A DNA stretch of 63,563 nt, the filler included, from Folioceros fuciformis (lineage: Eukaryota), in assembly GCA_049999805.1 (NCBI GenBank). It is 23 parts of 23 records of this genome, joined end to end, with 100 filler letters (N's around TTAATTAATTAA, not from the genome) between each part and the next. Parts side by side here need not be neighbours in the genome. Positions count along the whole stretch, not along the records: positions 24,186 to 30,402 come from JBNGIO010000633.1; positions 30,503 to 33,085 come from JBNGIO010000634.1; positions 33,186 to 34,266 come from JBNGIO010000635.1; positions 34,367 to 36,082 come from JBNGIO010000636.1; 19 more parts are not named here. The stretch is one strand, 5' to 3'. The first letter of the stretch is position 1. The number at the start of each line of letters is the position of its first letter. Below the pieces are notes generated by a model that did no database searches, was not told the origin of the DNA, and was given only the letters and a program-made list of their open reading frames with translations. A program made the translations under genes and the position numbers. Of this stretch, positions 24,463 through 35,716 are shown piece after piece.

Positions 24463-25005
24463 ATGCCTCGACGAGGCTGGAATCGACAACGCCAGAATCA
24501 GCGTTCATGGAAACAGTCGAATCTCCAGTCATCATCTGCTGCTGCTTTACAGTCTGTTGAGGAGGGTTTGAGCTTTTACCAGAGGAGTAGAGGGGAAAAC
24601 TCTGCTGGTCAGAACGTTCAGGCAAGATTGTGCACAACTTGCACAAGTGATCTTCGTGCTCGCTGCCGCTGTTCACCAAATTACACATCTGCGAGCAGAT
24701 ATCCAGGTTTTGGACACAGCCAGAATACCATCAGGTGTTCCTACAGAAACAATCACTTCCAACTATTAGCCATCTTGCAATCGCTTAGTTGGCAAGGAAA
24801 AACACACACAAAATTACAACAAAGGTCAGAAAGTATCTCTGCGGACAGAGGGCGAGATACAACAAATCTGTTGGTTACAATTTCCCGCAAGATAGACCTT
24901 TTGGACAGTAAAGTGTGTAGTCTGCTATATGTTCTCATTGCGCTTGACTTGTTTCTTAGGAAGACTGAATCTGCATCTAAACATGGGTCTCCTTCTGATC
25001 CGTAG
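24463..25005 (+). CDS. ORF0: extra 5' ORF, 180 aa, Arg-rich N-terminus, CTTC/CRC cluster, C-terminal heptad repeat
   Basis: MPRRGWNRQRQNQR...LCTTCTSDLRARCRC...LLVTISRKIDLLDSKVCSLL; ends 13 nt before the gag ATG. Confidence 0.62.
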   Translation: MPRRGWNRQRQNQRSWKQSNLQSSSAAALQSVEEGLSFYQRSRGENSAGQNVQARLCTTCTSDLRARCRCSPNYTSASRYPGFGHSQNTIRCSYRNNHFQLLAILQSLSWQGKTHTKLQQRSESISADRGRDTTNLLVTISRKIDLLDSKVCSLLYVLIALDLFLRKTESASKHGSPSDP

Positions 25006-25018
25006 ATGCATTTAGGTT

Positions 25019-28000
25019 ATGGTTTCTCGACCTCCCTCATCTGAAGGAGGGTCTACTTCCTCATCTACACCACACACACCTCCACAAAGATCTCAGCTCC
25101 TCAGGATTCCATTGAGAACAACCCCTAAGGGTCAGTCAGCATCAAACATGTCTGTATCTCAAGGAGGAGGAGGAGGTGGCGGTGCAGGAGGTAGCGGTGC
25201 TGGTGGTGGACAGGCACCTCAAGTACCTGCACATACAACCGTCACCCATTTCAAGGTCGAGTTTAAGGACCGGGATCGCTTTAATGGCAGCGAGTATGAA
25301 ATTTGGACAATTCGCTTGCGTACCATTCTGGAAGAGCAGGATCTACTGGACATAGTCTTGGGAACAAATGTGAAACCACAAGTTGGTTCCCCACCTGCTG
25401 TTGTCGAGGCTTGGACAAAGGCTGATCGCCGGGCTCGAAGCATCTTAGTTGCAGGTCTTGACAAGAATATGTTGCACCACGTGCAAGGGCTTGACACAGC
25501 TGCAGAAATGTGGTCAACTTTTGATCAGATGTTCCAATCCAAGAACTCTGCATCTATGGTCAACTCAACTAGGGCGTTCTGGCATCTCAAGATGAAAGAA
25601 CACGAGCCCATTGAAGCTCACCTGAACAAGTTTCGAGCTCTTAGAGCACGCTTGGCAGCATGTGGCACCAAGCTGGACGAGACACAGGCTGCGACAGCCC
25701 TACTCATGTCTCTGCCTTCCAGTTATCGAACCTTTGTATCTTCTCAAAATAACAATATGCGAGCAGTCGGAGGAGGAAATCTTACAGAGGTTATTGGTGC
25801 ACTATTAGAAGAAGAGGCCACTCGACATGGGAGTAGGCATGAAGGCAGATATGAAGGTAGCTCTAGTCGAGCCCTTTACACATCCAAAGGGAAAGGATCT
25901 CGCATGCCTAGCGGGAGGCTAGGTGGGAAGCGTTTCTCAGAGTCAAAGCCACACAATGTGAAGAAAAAGGGAACTTGCAATTGGTGCAAGATTCCGGGTC
26001 ACTTTGAGCGTGACTGTCGTAAGAAGGCAGCCGGAGAACCCAAGCGGGAAGGATCCAATGCCGAGTCACACACGGTTACAGTCAAGAAAACTGGTACTAT
26101 CCTAGCAACTTGTCTTGTATCCTCAAACGAGGACAAGAGATGCTGGTTCATAGATTCAGGTGCTTCACATCATGTCTGCAATCAACATGAGGCTTTCACT
26201 GAGTATAAACCTGGCCTAAACGGACAGACTATACGTGTAGGGGATGATAGAGCTCTGCCCATTCTTGGAATAGGGTCAGTCCCTCTTAGATTGCCGTCTG
26301 GCAATGAAATTGTGTTACCAGACACCCTTCATGTCCCTAGAATGATGAAGAATTTGGTGTCGGTAACCAAAATGAAGGCAGCATTGCCTAGGGTTCGTAT
26401 TTTGTTTGAGTCTGAACCTGATGAATGTCACATCGAGCAAGATGGGCAGTTGCTGGCCATTGCTTATCCTTCAAATGATCTGTATAAGTTGCAGTGTACA
26501 CCTTCTCGGATACATGCATCTTCACATCTCTCACAGGCTGAGCAGTCTGCCAACTTCAAACTGTGGCACCATCGGCTTGGGCACATAAATGTGCGAAGGA
26601 TGAAGGCAGCGGCAGCTGGGAATCTCTACAGAGAACCTCTTAATCTTCAACCACAGTCTAAGCTGTTTTGTGAATCTTGTATCTATGGCAAACATCATAA
26701 GTTGCCACATACAGATAAAAATCCTACTAGAGCTAATTCGTTACTAGAATTGGTTCACTCAGATTTGTGTGGCCCCATGTCAAAGCATTCTTTTGGAGGT
26801 GCTAGGTATATTCTCTCCTTCATTGATGACTGGAGCAGATTCACGATAGTGTATTTTCTATCCAAAAAGTCACAAACGTTAGGGTATTTCAAGGACTACC
26901 TAGCAAATGCACAACGTCAAACCTCTCATCTTCTGAAGACTCTCAGAACAGATGGTGGAGGTGAGTATGGATCAAATGCTTTCAGGCAGCTGTGTAGAGA
27001 ATTGGGTATTTCCAGACAACTTACCATTTCCTACACATCGAAGCAGAATCCCATAGCTGAGAGAAGTAACGGCATACTTCAGGAACAGGCTAAGGCCTTC
27101 TTAGCTCAAGCAGGCCTATCCCTAGGATATTGGGCTGAAGCCGTAGCAGCTGCAGTCTATGTGAAAAACAGACTGCCTACTGCCTCTGTGCCTGGAAGCA
27201 CTCCATTTGAGAGGTGGACAGGACATAAACCCAGAATTCTACACCTTCGGGTGTTTGGTAGTCCAGCCTATGCCTTCATACCAAAAGAGAAGAGACGGAA
27301 GATGCAACCGAATGCAGAAAAATTTATCTTTGTGGGTTATTCTGAGGGTATAAAAGGATATAAATTATTCAATCCTGAAACGCGGAAGATAATTCATGCT
27401 AGAAGTGTCGTCTTTGATGAAGCTGCTATTTTGGATTGCACTCACACTTCACTTCCTGAAAAACAGTCAATAACACCCTCAGTCCCATCTGAGGTAACTT
27501 CAGATTCTGATTCTGATGATTCAGGTCTGACACAGCCAGATGATGATCACCTTTCCAGTTTCGGCGATGAAGTAGCTGAGGTGACATCAGAACCTGTACA
27601 GGAATCTAACATACAGGTTTTACCATCATCAGATCAGGATGATGAGATTTATGCTCCTGAAGTTATCAGTCATTTCACATCTGACTTCGAATCAGAATCT
27701 GAAGTTGCACAAAATGCTGTTGTGGAATCATCTAGTGATGAGGAGCCACCGACTGCACTTCGTCGGTCATCTAGACCTCATCCTTCTAGGGATAACTGGA
27801 AAGTTTGTCCATATTCACCACCCAGCAACGCCCTACGTGCTCCCAGGCGATTAACTCGTGTATCAGCACATAATTCTACACAGGTCCCTGATCAACCTAT
27901 ACAGTTTGGAACTATACCTACTGTAGGTGAATCCTCATTTACAGAGGGAGCTTCTGAGGCTAATATTAAGGAGTTACCTTCAGAGGGAGCCAGCATTGCA

Positions 28001-29676
28001 GATTCTGGACAGTCCCAGGTTGCCTCAATCCACACTCTTATTGCTGACGCACTTTCAGTTGCAGAACTAGTTGGGGAACCTGCCACAATGACAGAGGCAC
28101 TGTCAGGTCCTCATGGAGCATAATGGCAGGCTGCAATCAAGTCAGAGTATGATAGTCTTGTTCAAAATGGGACATGGAAGTTGGAGCCTTTACCAGCTGG
28201 AAGGAAACTTGTTACTTGTAAGTGGGTGTTTAAAACTAAGTTGAACCCAGATGGATCTGTTGCATGTTATAAGGCTAGGCTGGTTGCACGAGGTTTTACT
28301 CAACGACCAGGACTTGACTATCAGGAAACATTTTCTCCTGTGGTCAGGTTTACCTCAGTTCGTGTGCTCATGGCTTTTGTAGCTCAGAATGATCTGATTG
28401 TACATCACATGGATGTAAAAACGGCTTTCCTACATGGAGAATTAGAGGAAGATGTCTACATGCAGCAGCCGGAAGGATATGTTGATAAAAAGTTTCCTAA
28501 TCATGCCTGTAAACTTATCAAGACAATTTATGGACTAAAGCAAGCACCTAGGGCTTGGTTCCAGAGGTTTAGCACCTTTCTTAAGTCCTTGGGTTTTAAG
28601 GAGAGTGATGCGGATACAAATGTGTATCTCTGTACAGACAGTGACAACTTTGTTATTATCGCTCTTTATGTTGATGATGCGTTACTTATCACAAATAGTC
28701 CTAGCGAGCTGCTTGTGAAGGTCAAAGGACTATTACAGAAGCATTTTGAAATGACTGACCTTGGTGTCCTTCGATTTTTCCTAGGAGTTCAAATTCATCT
28801 TGTCCCTGCTAAAGGGGTGGTACTCCTGCATCAGGCACACTACATCAACCTGATGCTCAAGATTTTTAATATGGAGGATGCCAAACCAGTCAGTACTCCT
28901 ATGGCTGCTGGTGCTCGACTGTCTAAACTTGACAGTCCAACTACTGATGATGAAAAGACTGCAATGCAAGCTGTTCCTTACCGGAAGTTTGTAGGGTTTG
29001 CCTTATATTTGTCAACCAGAACACGACCTGATCTTAGCCATGCCTGTGGTTCTCTTTCTCAATTTGTGGAAGAACCTGGTACAGCTCACTGGACTGCAGG
29101 AAAACGAGTAATGCGTTATCTCAAGGGTACCAGAAATCTAGGATTATGTTATCGAAAGACACCACTATGAAGAAGCTTTTCCTACAGGGATATACTGATG
29201 CAGACTGGGGCGGGGACTCAGATACAAGACGGTCCGTGTCAGCTTACTGTTTTATGCTCGCTGGAGCTGCAGTCTCATGGCAATCGAAGAAGCAAACCTT
29301 TGTGAGTACTTCCACAACAGAGGCTGAATATGGCACAGCTGCAGAAAGCTGTAAAGAAGCAATTGCTAATCGCAGGCTTCTTACGGATATCTCCCAGGAG
29401 CAAACAGAACCGACACCAGTGTTCTGTGATAATCAATCAGCGCTGCTGTTGGCTAACAATCCTGTCTATCATGCCCGCACAAAGCATATAGACTTGCATC
29501 TTCACTATGTTAGACAGGCCCTTACTCGCAAAGAAGTGGCACTTACATATGTTCCCACGAATGCTAACTATGCTGATCTTCTCACAAAACCACTCAGTAG
29601 GGAGAGGCATGAGTCGCATGTTCAGAGTATAGGCATGGTCGACATCACGCCATTTCTACCCTACGTCTTAAAGTAG
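25019..29676 (+). pseudogene. Copia gag-pol polyprotein with one premature stop (TAA 28121-28123) and one frameshift (about 29165)
   Basis: CNWC-x4-H-x4-C knuckle; WFIDSGAS; HSDLCGP, RTDGGGEY, AERSN (DDE integrase); YVDD; YTDADW, STTEAEY, DNQSA. Confidence 0.95.
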
Positions 29677-30502
29677 ACACTCACATTTGGTGTGCCGGTC
29701 TGTCAGTCGGAGTCACATTCCGAGTCTGACCATCTAGCATTCCTCCTAGATTTAGAGGGAGATTCTGGTCTCCACAGTGAGCATTCACAGTCCGAGTCGC
29801 TGTCTGTTGTCATGTACGTGCACGCCCGCAGGTATCCTGTTGTCGGTCGATTCTGTAGCTCTGTGAACACCAGCATTTGTTCTGAATTTCACAGGTGCAG
29901 CAACTTTGTAACTTTCAGATGATAGGTATCTGGTCTGGACGTACCGTGGCAGTGAACAACAACGCCTGGTTTGACAACTTCAGATCTCTCTCGACTTTTC
30001 AGATCCAAGGTTTCCTTGTCGGGATATTGTGCTGCAGGTTCTACCACTGTAGGCTTCCAATCTCCACCGTCAACACGGTTGAGGTAACACTCATTCTTGC
30101 CATCTACGGGGAAGGAGGTTTGGACTGCAGCGTCTACAGTTTGGACACAAGTCAACCAGTTCGAGGAGTTTTCTCAACGCAAGGCTCAACACCGAGCACA
30201 ATATCAAGAGCACCATCATTGTAATCAGCGCACGATTCACGAAGGCGGGCGGCAAGCGTAGGCTAGGTTAACCACAAGCGTCTAAGAGGGAGTGTCGCAG
30301 GCATATAGGGTTTATGCCTTTAATAATTAAAATATCCGCATGCTAGAAACCTAGCTAGTCTTAATTACCGAATCGACACAGGTTGTGGCGATTCGGGTAA
30401 CGNNNNNNNNNNNNNNNNNNNNNNNNNNNNNNNNNNNNNNNNNNNNTTAATTAATTAANNNNNNNNNNNNNNNNNNNNNNNNNNNNNNNNNNNNNNNNNN
30501 NN

Positions 30503-31271
30503 GTTATGCAAATTCAGATTGGGCATCAGATAAGGACACAAGAAGATCAGTCTCGGCGTTTTGTGTTAAGCTAAGTGGAAACCTGGTGAGTTGGTCATCC
30601 AAGAATTAGTCGGTCGTTGCCCTATCATCGACAGACGCCGAATATTCTGCTGTTACTTCTGCAGCTCAAGAGGTAATGCATATGAGGTCCTTGCTAGGCA
30701 CATTTGGATATGAGTAGAAAGTACCCTCGTGTATCTGGTGCGATAATTAGTCGGCGATAGCCATTGCTAAGAATCCTGTGGCACATTCTCGAACAAGGCA
30801 TATAGATGTAAATCAGCATGTCATTCGTAAGGCAATAGAAGATAAAATTCTTGATCTGAAGCATGTTAGTATAAGTGACAATATGGCAGATCAATTGACA
30901 AAGGCACTTGCAAAAGAAGCACACTGGAAACATATGAAAGCACTAGGGATTGGAGCAGTCGAAGAGCAAAAATCGAGTTAAGGAATTTATTTTCTGTAGA
31001 TATGAAGTTAACAAGCGTGAAGTTGATTGTTCAACGTGAAGTGTGAAGACACGATATGTATGCTGCAACTAGCCTAAGTAGGAGTAGTAAAATTTAGATA
31101 GAAATAGTATAGTCTAGCAGCAGCATATAAAGTAAACATGTAAATAGAATTATATGTAAATAACCAAATACAATATGTCCTAAAGCTTGGAACCCTAACT
31201 GCCGGATGCATATAAGGTGTCCGTGCATCTAACGACTTCTCCTCTTTTTCATAAAACTTTTCTTATGAACA
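30503..31271 (+). mobile_element. Copia RNase H, PPT and 3' LTR remnant
   Basis: SDWASDKDTRRS, VALSSTDAEY, CDN*SAIAIAKNP, RTRHIDV; AAGTAGGAG near 31076; TATA-like catataa; ends ...GAACA where another copia resumes. Confidence 0.8.
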
Positions 31272-31850
31272 GGTTCTAGAGGAGATGTGGCCTGGAAAGA
31301 AGCCGTCATACAAGCATCTATGAGTGTTTGGCTGCGAGGCATACTACCTTGTTCCTAAGGAGTTTCGGGACAAGTTGGCACCCAAGTCCAAGAAATGTAT
31401 TTTTCTTGGCTACGGTGAATCTGGTGAGATGGAATACCGTCTGTGGGATCCAGAGGCCAAGAGGATGGTTCGCAGCAATGACGTGTTCTTCAATGAGACC
31501 AAGATGCACAAGAAGCCTACTCCAACTGTGGAGGTGCGACGGGTGGTGTTCCAAGAAGATGGATTTGACCGTCCTGCGCAGGTTGAACGTCGTGATGTGC
31601 AGGAACAAGTTCCTCCCCTTGTACAAGAGGAGAGAGTGCAACCAGCTCCGGTTGAGGCGCCAGTGCTTCATAGGTCAGGAAGGATCTCACGTCCTCCTGA
31701 CAAGTATGTTGCATCTCTTAATTATGTCATGTTGACGGATTGTGGGGAGCCCTCTTGTTATTAAGAGGCCATGTCAGTGACTGACAAGGACAAGTGGGAG
31801 AAGGCGATGTAGCAGTGACTAACAAGGACAAGTGGGAGAAGGCGATGTAG
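31272..31850 (+). mobile_element. Tnt1/Tork-like copia fragment (post-integrase SH3 region to RT start)
   Basis: VFGCEAYYLVPKEFRDKLAPKSKKCIFLGYG...SNDVFFNE...GEPSCY*EAM. Confidence 0.88.
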
Positions 31851-32130
31851 TCGCCTTCTCCCACTTAAACTTGGTTAAACTTGATTGGAGGAAGGATTTA
31901 CCAAAATTCTTCCTCCAACCAAGTTTAATCAATTTGTGCAATGTTTGAGGGTGGTCCCTGTGCCTAATTCTTCATCTTCTTCTGTAGTTCAGGCTAGTGT
32001 TCTAGATGTTTTGTCGCCCTCGTAATGGCCTCTAAGCATGCCTTTTTCCTCTTGATAGATTTTTCCTATAAGGTTTTTTGCTATCCTTGAGATTTTTTAC
32101 TGTCGCTTAGAGTACTCCCTTGCTTAGTTT

Positions 32131-32433
32131 AAGGGGAGGGAAAGATAGGAAAAATAAATTTTGTTATAGTTTGTGATGTTAGTGGTTATTAATATTATAG
32201 GGCATATGGTAAGTCTCAAGGATTTGTGGACTAGACTATAGTACTATAATAGTATAGTGGTCTCTCCTAGGGTATATAAAGGGCCTCCTACAAGGTTGGA
32301 GTGAGTCTTGGTGTGAGTCCCTTGTGGGTGTTGTTGCTGAGCATCTTGTGAGTCTCTATTGTTGTCTCTGTGATCTTACTCTTATGTTATAAAGCCTTCT
32401 TCATGTTTATGTGATCCTGGTATAAGCCAATCA
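32131..32433 (+). mobile_element. PPT plus LTR-like sequence abutting the ML pseudogene
   Basis: AAGGGGAGGG purine tract, TATATAAA at about 32273, CA end at 32433 exactly where the ML reading frame breaks. Confidence 0.55.
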
Positions 32434-32913
32434 GAGCACAGGTCGTCCTTTTCGCTTTGCACATGGATGTTGTGGAAGTACACGGTGATCGATACCGTCC
32501 CGCCCGTGATCTCCTCATCTGCACACAGACCACGTCCACACCAAGGGGGGTAACTTTCCACTCTTCTCGGACACGAGGGAGACTGCCGCAAACCTGCATC
32601 TGAATACACATACCGGAATTAAGAACTCGGCGACATCCCCGCTTACCACAGGGTCTGGATTCACCGTCACACCCTTCACGGTGACAGGGTATGATCTCGA
32701 GTCTGCAATAGCAAGCATGAGGTGAGAGCCCTGACAAAACCGTGAGACATCCAGAATAGATGGAGACGGGAAACCAACCACAGACGCTCCAAGATGAACT
32801 TGCTGATGTTCCAGAAATTCAGCTCCCAAGACCAACAGTAAGAGGAGAGTGAGGAACCCCATCGCAAAGGGTAAGTGCGCTCGTGCTGTTGTTGCGATGC
32901 GGATTCGACCCAT
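32434..32913 (-). pseudogene. ML (MD-2-related lipid recognition, NPC2-like) gene, frameshifted and 3'-truncated
   Basis: Signal peptide MGFLTLLLLLVLGAE; SSWSVC|DSRSYPVTVKGVTVNPDPVVSGDVAEFLIP|DEEITGGTVSITVYFHNIHVQSEKDDLCS with short introns. Confidence 0.8.
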
Positions 32914-33185
32914 GGTAGCGAGACACGAGAAACGAGAATCCTCCTTTTGATGTACACCAGGGCTTTTGGTTGGAATATGCATGGACGCGTGATTTTTGTG
33001 AGGATTTTTTTACGTAGAAAGAGAATTTCGACGACAAACAGCTTTATTTACCGATTAATTGCAAGTCTGTTCAAGGGCCGATCTGNNNNNNNNNNNNNNN
33101 NNNNNNNNNNNNNNNNNNNNNNNNNNNNNTTAATTAATTAANNNNNNNNNNNNNNNNNNNNNNNNNNNNNNNNNNNNNNNNNNNN

Positions 33186-34266
33186 ACACATCTCCATTTC
33201 TGGTGGGCATCTCGTCAGACATTGATTCTGTTCGGCGTGAGGTGCTCAATGTGGCAAATGATCTTTCCAATTTAACAGTTCACTTCAGATCTGCACCAAT
33301 TTCTGAGGTGCAGCTTGTAGCAGCGCTGTTCTTGGAATCGCTTGTTCCCACAAAGGAGTGCAAGCCTTGTGCTGGCCATCAGCCAGGTGCTGGCTCTCAA
33401 TGATACACAAGGGTTCAGATCTGAAGCGGCATTCTGCCATAGCCAGCAGCTCTGCAAGCCTGGTTTCCTGCTCTCAACCGGCGCCCCTGATCAAGGTGCC
33501 TGTTGGGATAGGCCTCCAGCTGTGCAATTCCTGGCCTTGGCTTTGTGAATGGCTGCAATTCTGCACCGCTTGTAGTGTCTTGCACCTACACATTAGGTTT
33601 AGAGCATAAGTTAGTTGGTTGTCGTGTGACTTGTCTGGTTTTTAGGGTTTGGTACACCGTTTCAGGTCTACCTTACCGCTTCACCAGCAACTTAAGTGCA
33701 CCTGTTCACACAGACCCCACATTAGTTCTACAGTCACACATAAAACACACAGCACTTAGAAGATACTAATCTTAGTGTATGTCTCTTTGGGACAGTTCTG
33801 ACAGTGATTCAGACGGAGGTGAACCATTTGCCTGGTTGTTCTCACTCCCTAATCTTGTTCATACACCTGTCAACACACACATTCAAGTTGTCACAATGGG
33901 TTCCACTATCCCAGCACCTGTCACCCAATCTGTTGGTTCTATCTACTCAGGAGAATTCAAAGAAAAGGACAGGTTTGATGGGACACCTTCTCGCTTTGAG
34001 AGTTGGAGAGCTCGCATGAAGGCAAACCTCAGCGCTCGCGATGTGTGGGAGTTTGTCGATGGATCTCTTCCGGACCCTTCCATTGTACCTGCTGGTGGAC
34101 AACAACCCGCACAGGATGTCATTGACAAGTGGAAGAAGGGCAACAAGATTGCGTTTGTGATCTTGCTGTCAGGACTTGATGAAACCACTATTTGGAAGTG
34201 GAATTTCATACTACGGCAACAGCTGCATGGAAACAACTTGTGGACACGTACCAAGTACAAAATATC
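33186..34266 (+). mobile_element. Copia fragment: end of the 5' extra-ORF region plus gag N-terminus (33779)
   Basis: GEFKEKDRFDGTPSRFESWRARMKANL..DVWEFVDG; upstream coiled-coil-like ORF remnant 33188-33403. Confidence 0.82.
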
Positions 34267-34366
34267 NNNNNNNNNNNNNNNNNNNNNNNNNNNNNNNNNN
34301 NNNNNNNNNNTTAATTAATTAANNNNNNNNNNNNNNNNNNNNNNNNNNNNNNNNNNNNNNNNNNNN

Positions 34367-35716
34367 GTTAGAAGAACATGACCTAATGTCAATCACAGAC
34401 GGCACTCTGCCACGGCCCTCTCTCACCTCTACCACACCAGCTACCCTTGACCAAATAGCTGCATGGGACAAGAAAGACAAGAGGGCTCGCAACATCCTGA
34501 TATCTGCAATTGACAAAACAATGCTACAACACACCCAAGGTCAAACGACCTCACATGATGTGTGGAAAGCTTTTAATGACATGTTCCAAGCACAGAGTTC
34601 AATGTCTCTAATCAATGCCACAAGACACTTCTACTCACTGAGTATGAAGGACAATGAGAGCATCGAGCAACACGTAAACATCTTCCGATCCCTGAGAGCG
34701 AAGCTCTCCAGCAGCGGCACCGTCATTACCGAACTTCAAGCAGCAATTGCCCTTCTAACGTCTTTACCTACATCATACAGGAATTTCCCTAGCTCACAAA
34801 ATACAGCCCTCAGGCAAGCAATTTAGGTAGCAGGCGCAAACGCACCACCACCCTACACCTTTTCAGACGTGATTTCAGCACTACTTGAGGAAGAATCCAG
34901 CAGAATCGGCACCTTATACAATAATGTTAGAGTAAGCCACGCCCTCTTCACTTCTAGAGGTCGAGGAAATAGGCGCGGTGGAGGACGAGGAGGTTTTCCC
35001 AACCGAAGAGGCCCACCTTCTCCAAGCTTCTCGGGCTTCCCAAGTCAACAGTTTTCACAAAACAAATCATTCGACAGAAGATCAGCTAAAGGAGCATGTA
35101 ACTGGTGCAAAAATCTCGGTCACTACGAAAGTGAATGCCGAAAGAAGCAGGTAGGCGAGCCACGCAGAGAAGCTCCTAGAAATGAGTCTCACCTTACCAC
35201 AACTACCAAGTCGTCATCAGCCAGTTCTATCTTAGCAGTCTGCCTCACCCTTACCAGAACAGACACCTGTTGTTGGTTCGTAGACTCCTAAACCCTAAAC
35301 CACACATATATGTAGTTGCCAAGACATGTTTACCTCCTACCACCCGGTCCTCTCCGACCAACACGTCCTCTTAGGAGACGATAGTGCACTACCCATTCAG
35401 GGTTCAGGAGAAGTCCAACTGCGTCTTTCTACTGGAGAGCTCCTCACCATTAATGGAGTCCTCCACGTATCTGCAATGACCAAGAACTTGCTGTCAGTCC
35501 GTAAGTTAGCCACAGAACATGACCTCACCATCACGTTCCAAGGAAACCACTGCACCATCTGTCACAGCAAAGACCCCGACAAAATAGCTCTAGCTCATGG
35601 ACTTCCCTTCAATGATCTTTACCTCCTGAACATCCAATCCACATCACTCCTGGTAGATAGCAATCCACCAACATCCTAAAACGAGTTCTTGTTATGGCAC
35701 TGCCGTGTAGGCCATA
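34367..35716 (+). mobile_element. Copia gag-protease fragment, interrupted at the start of the integrase zinc finger
   Basis: AWDKKDKRARNIL, LLTSLPTSY, CNWCKNLGHYESEC, WFVDS, LWHCRVGH. Confidence 0.9.

Larger units (their letters stand above)
24186..30402 (+). mobile_element. Nearly intact Ty1/copia element (both LTRs truncated by gaps)
   Basis: 5' LTR ends TGCGATA at 24310; PBS TGGTATCAGTGC 24311-24322; ORF0; gag-PR-INT-RT-RH; PPT AAGAGGGAG then 3' LTR TGTCGCA at 30293 (inverted match to the 5' LTR end). Confidence 0.95.

Noticed and set aside
28121-28123. Programmed stop read-through or frameshift in pol (also about 29165)
   Set aside because: Positions fall just before RT and at the RT/RNase H junction rather than at the gag-pol boundary; simple C>T and indel decay explains them
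33779-34826. One continuous gag across the 34267 gap
   Set aside because: Both sides encode the same N-terminal gag region, so they are different elements
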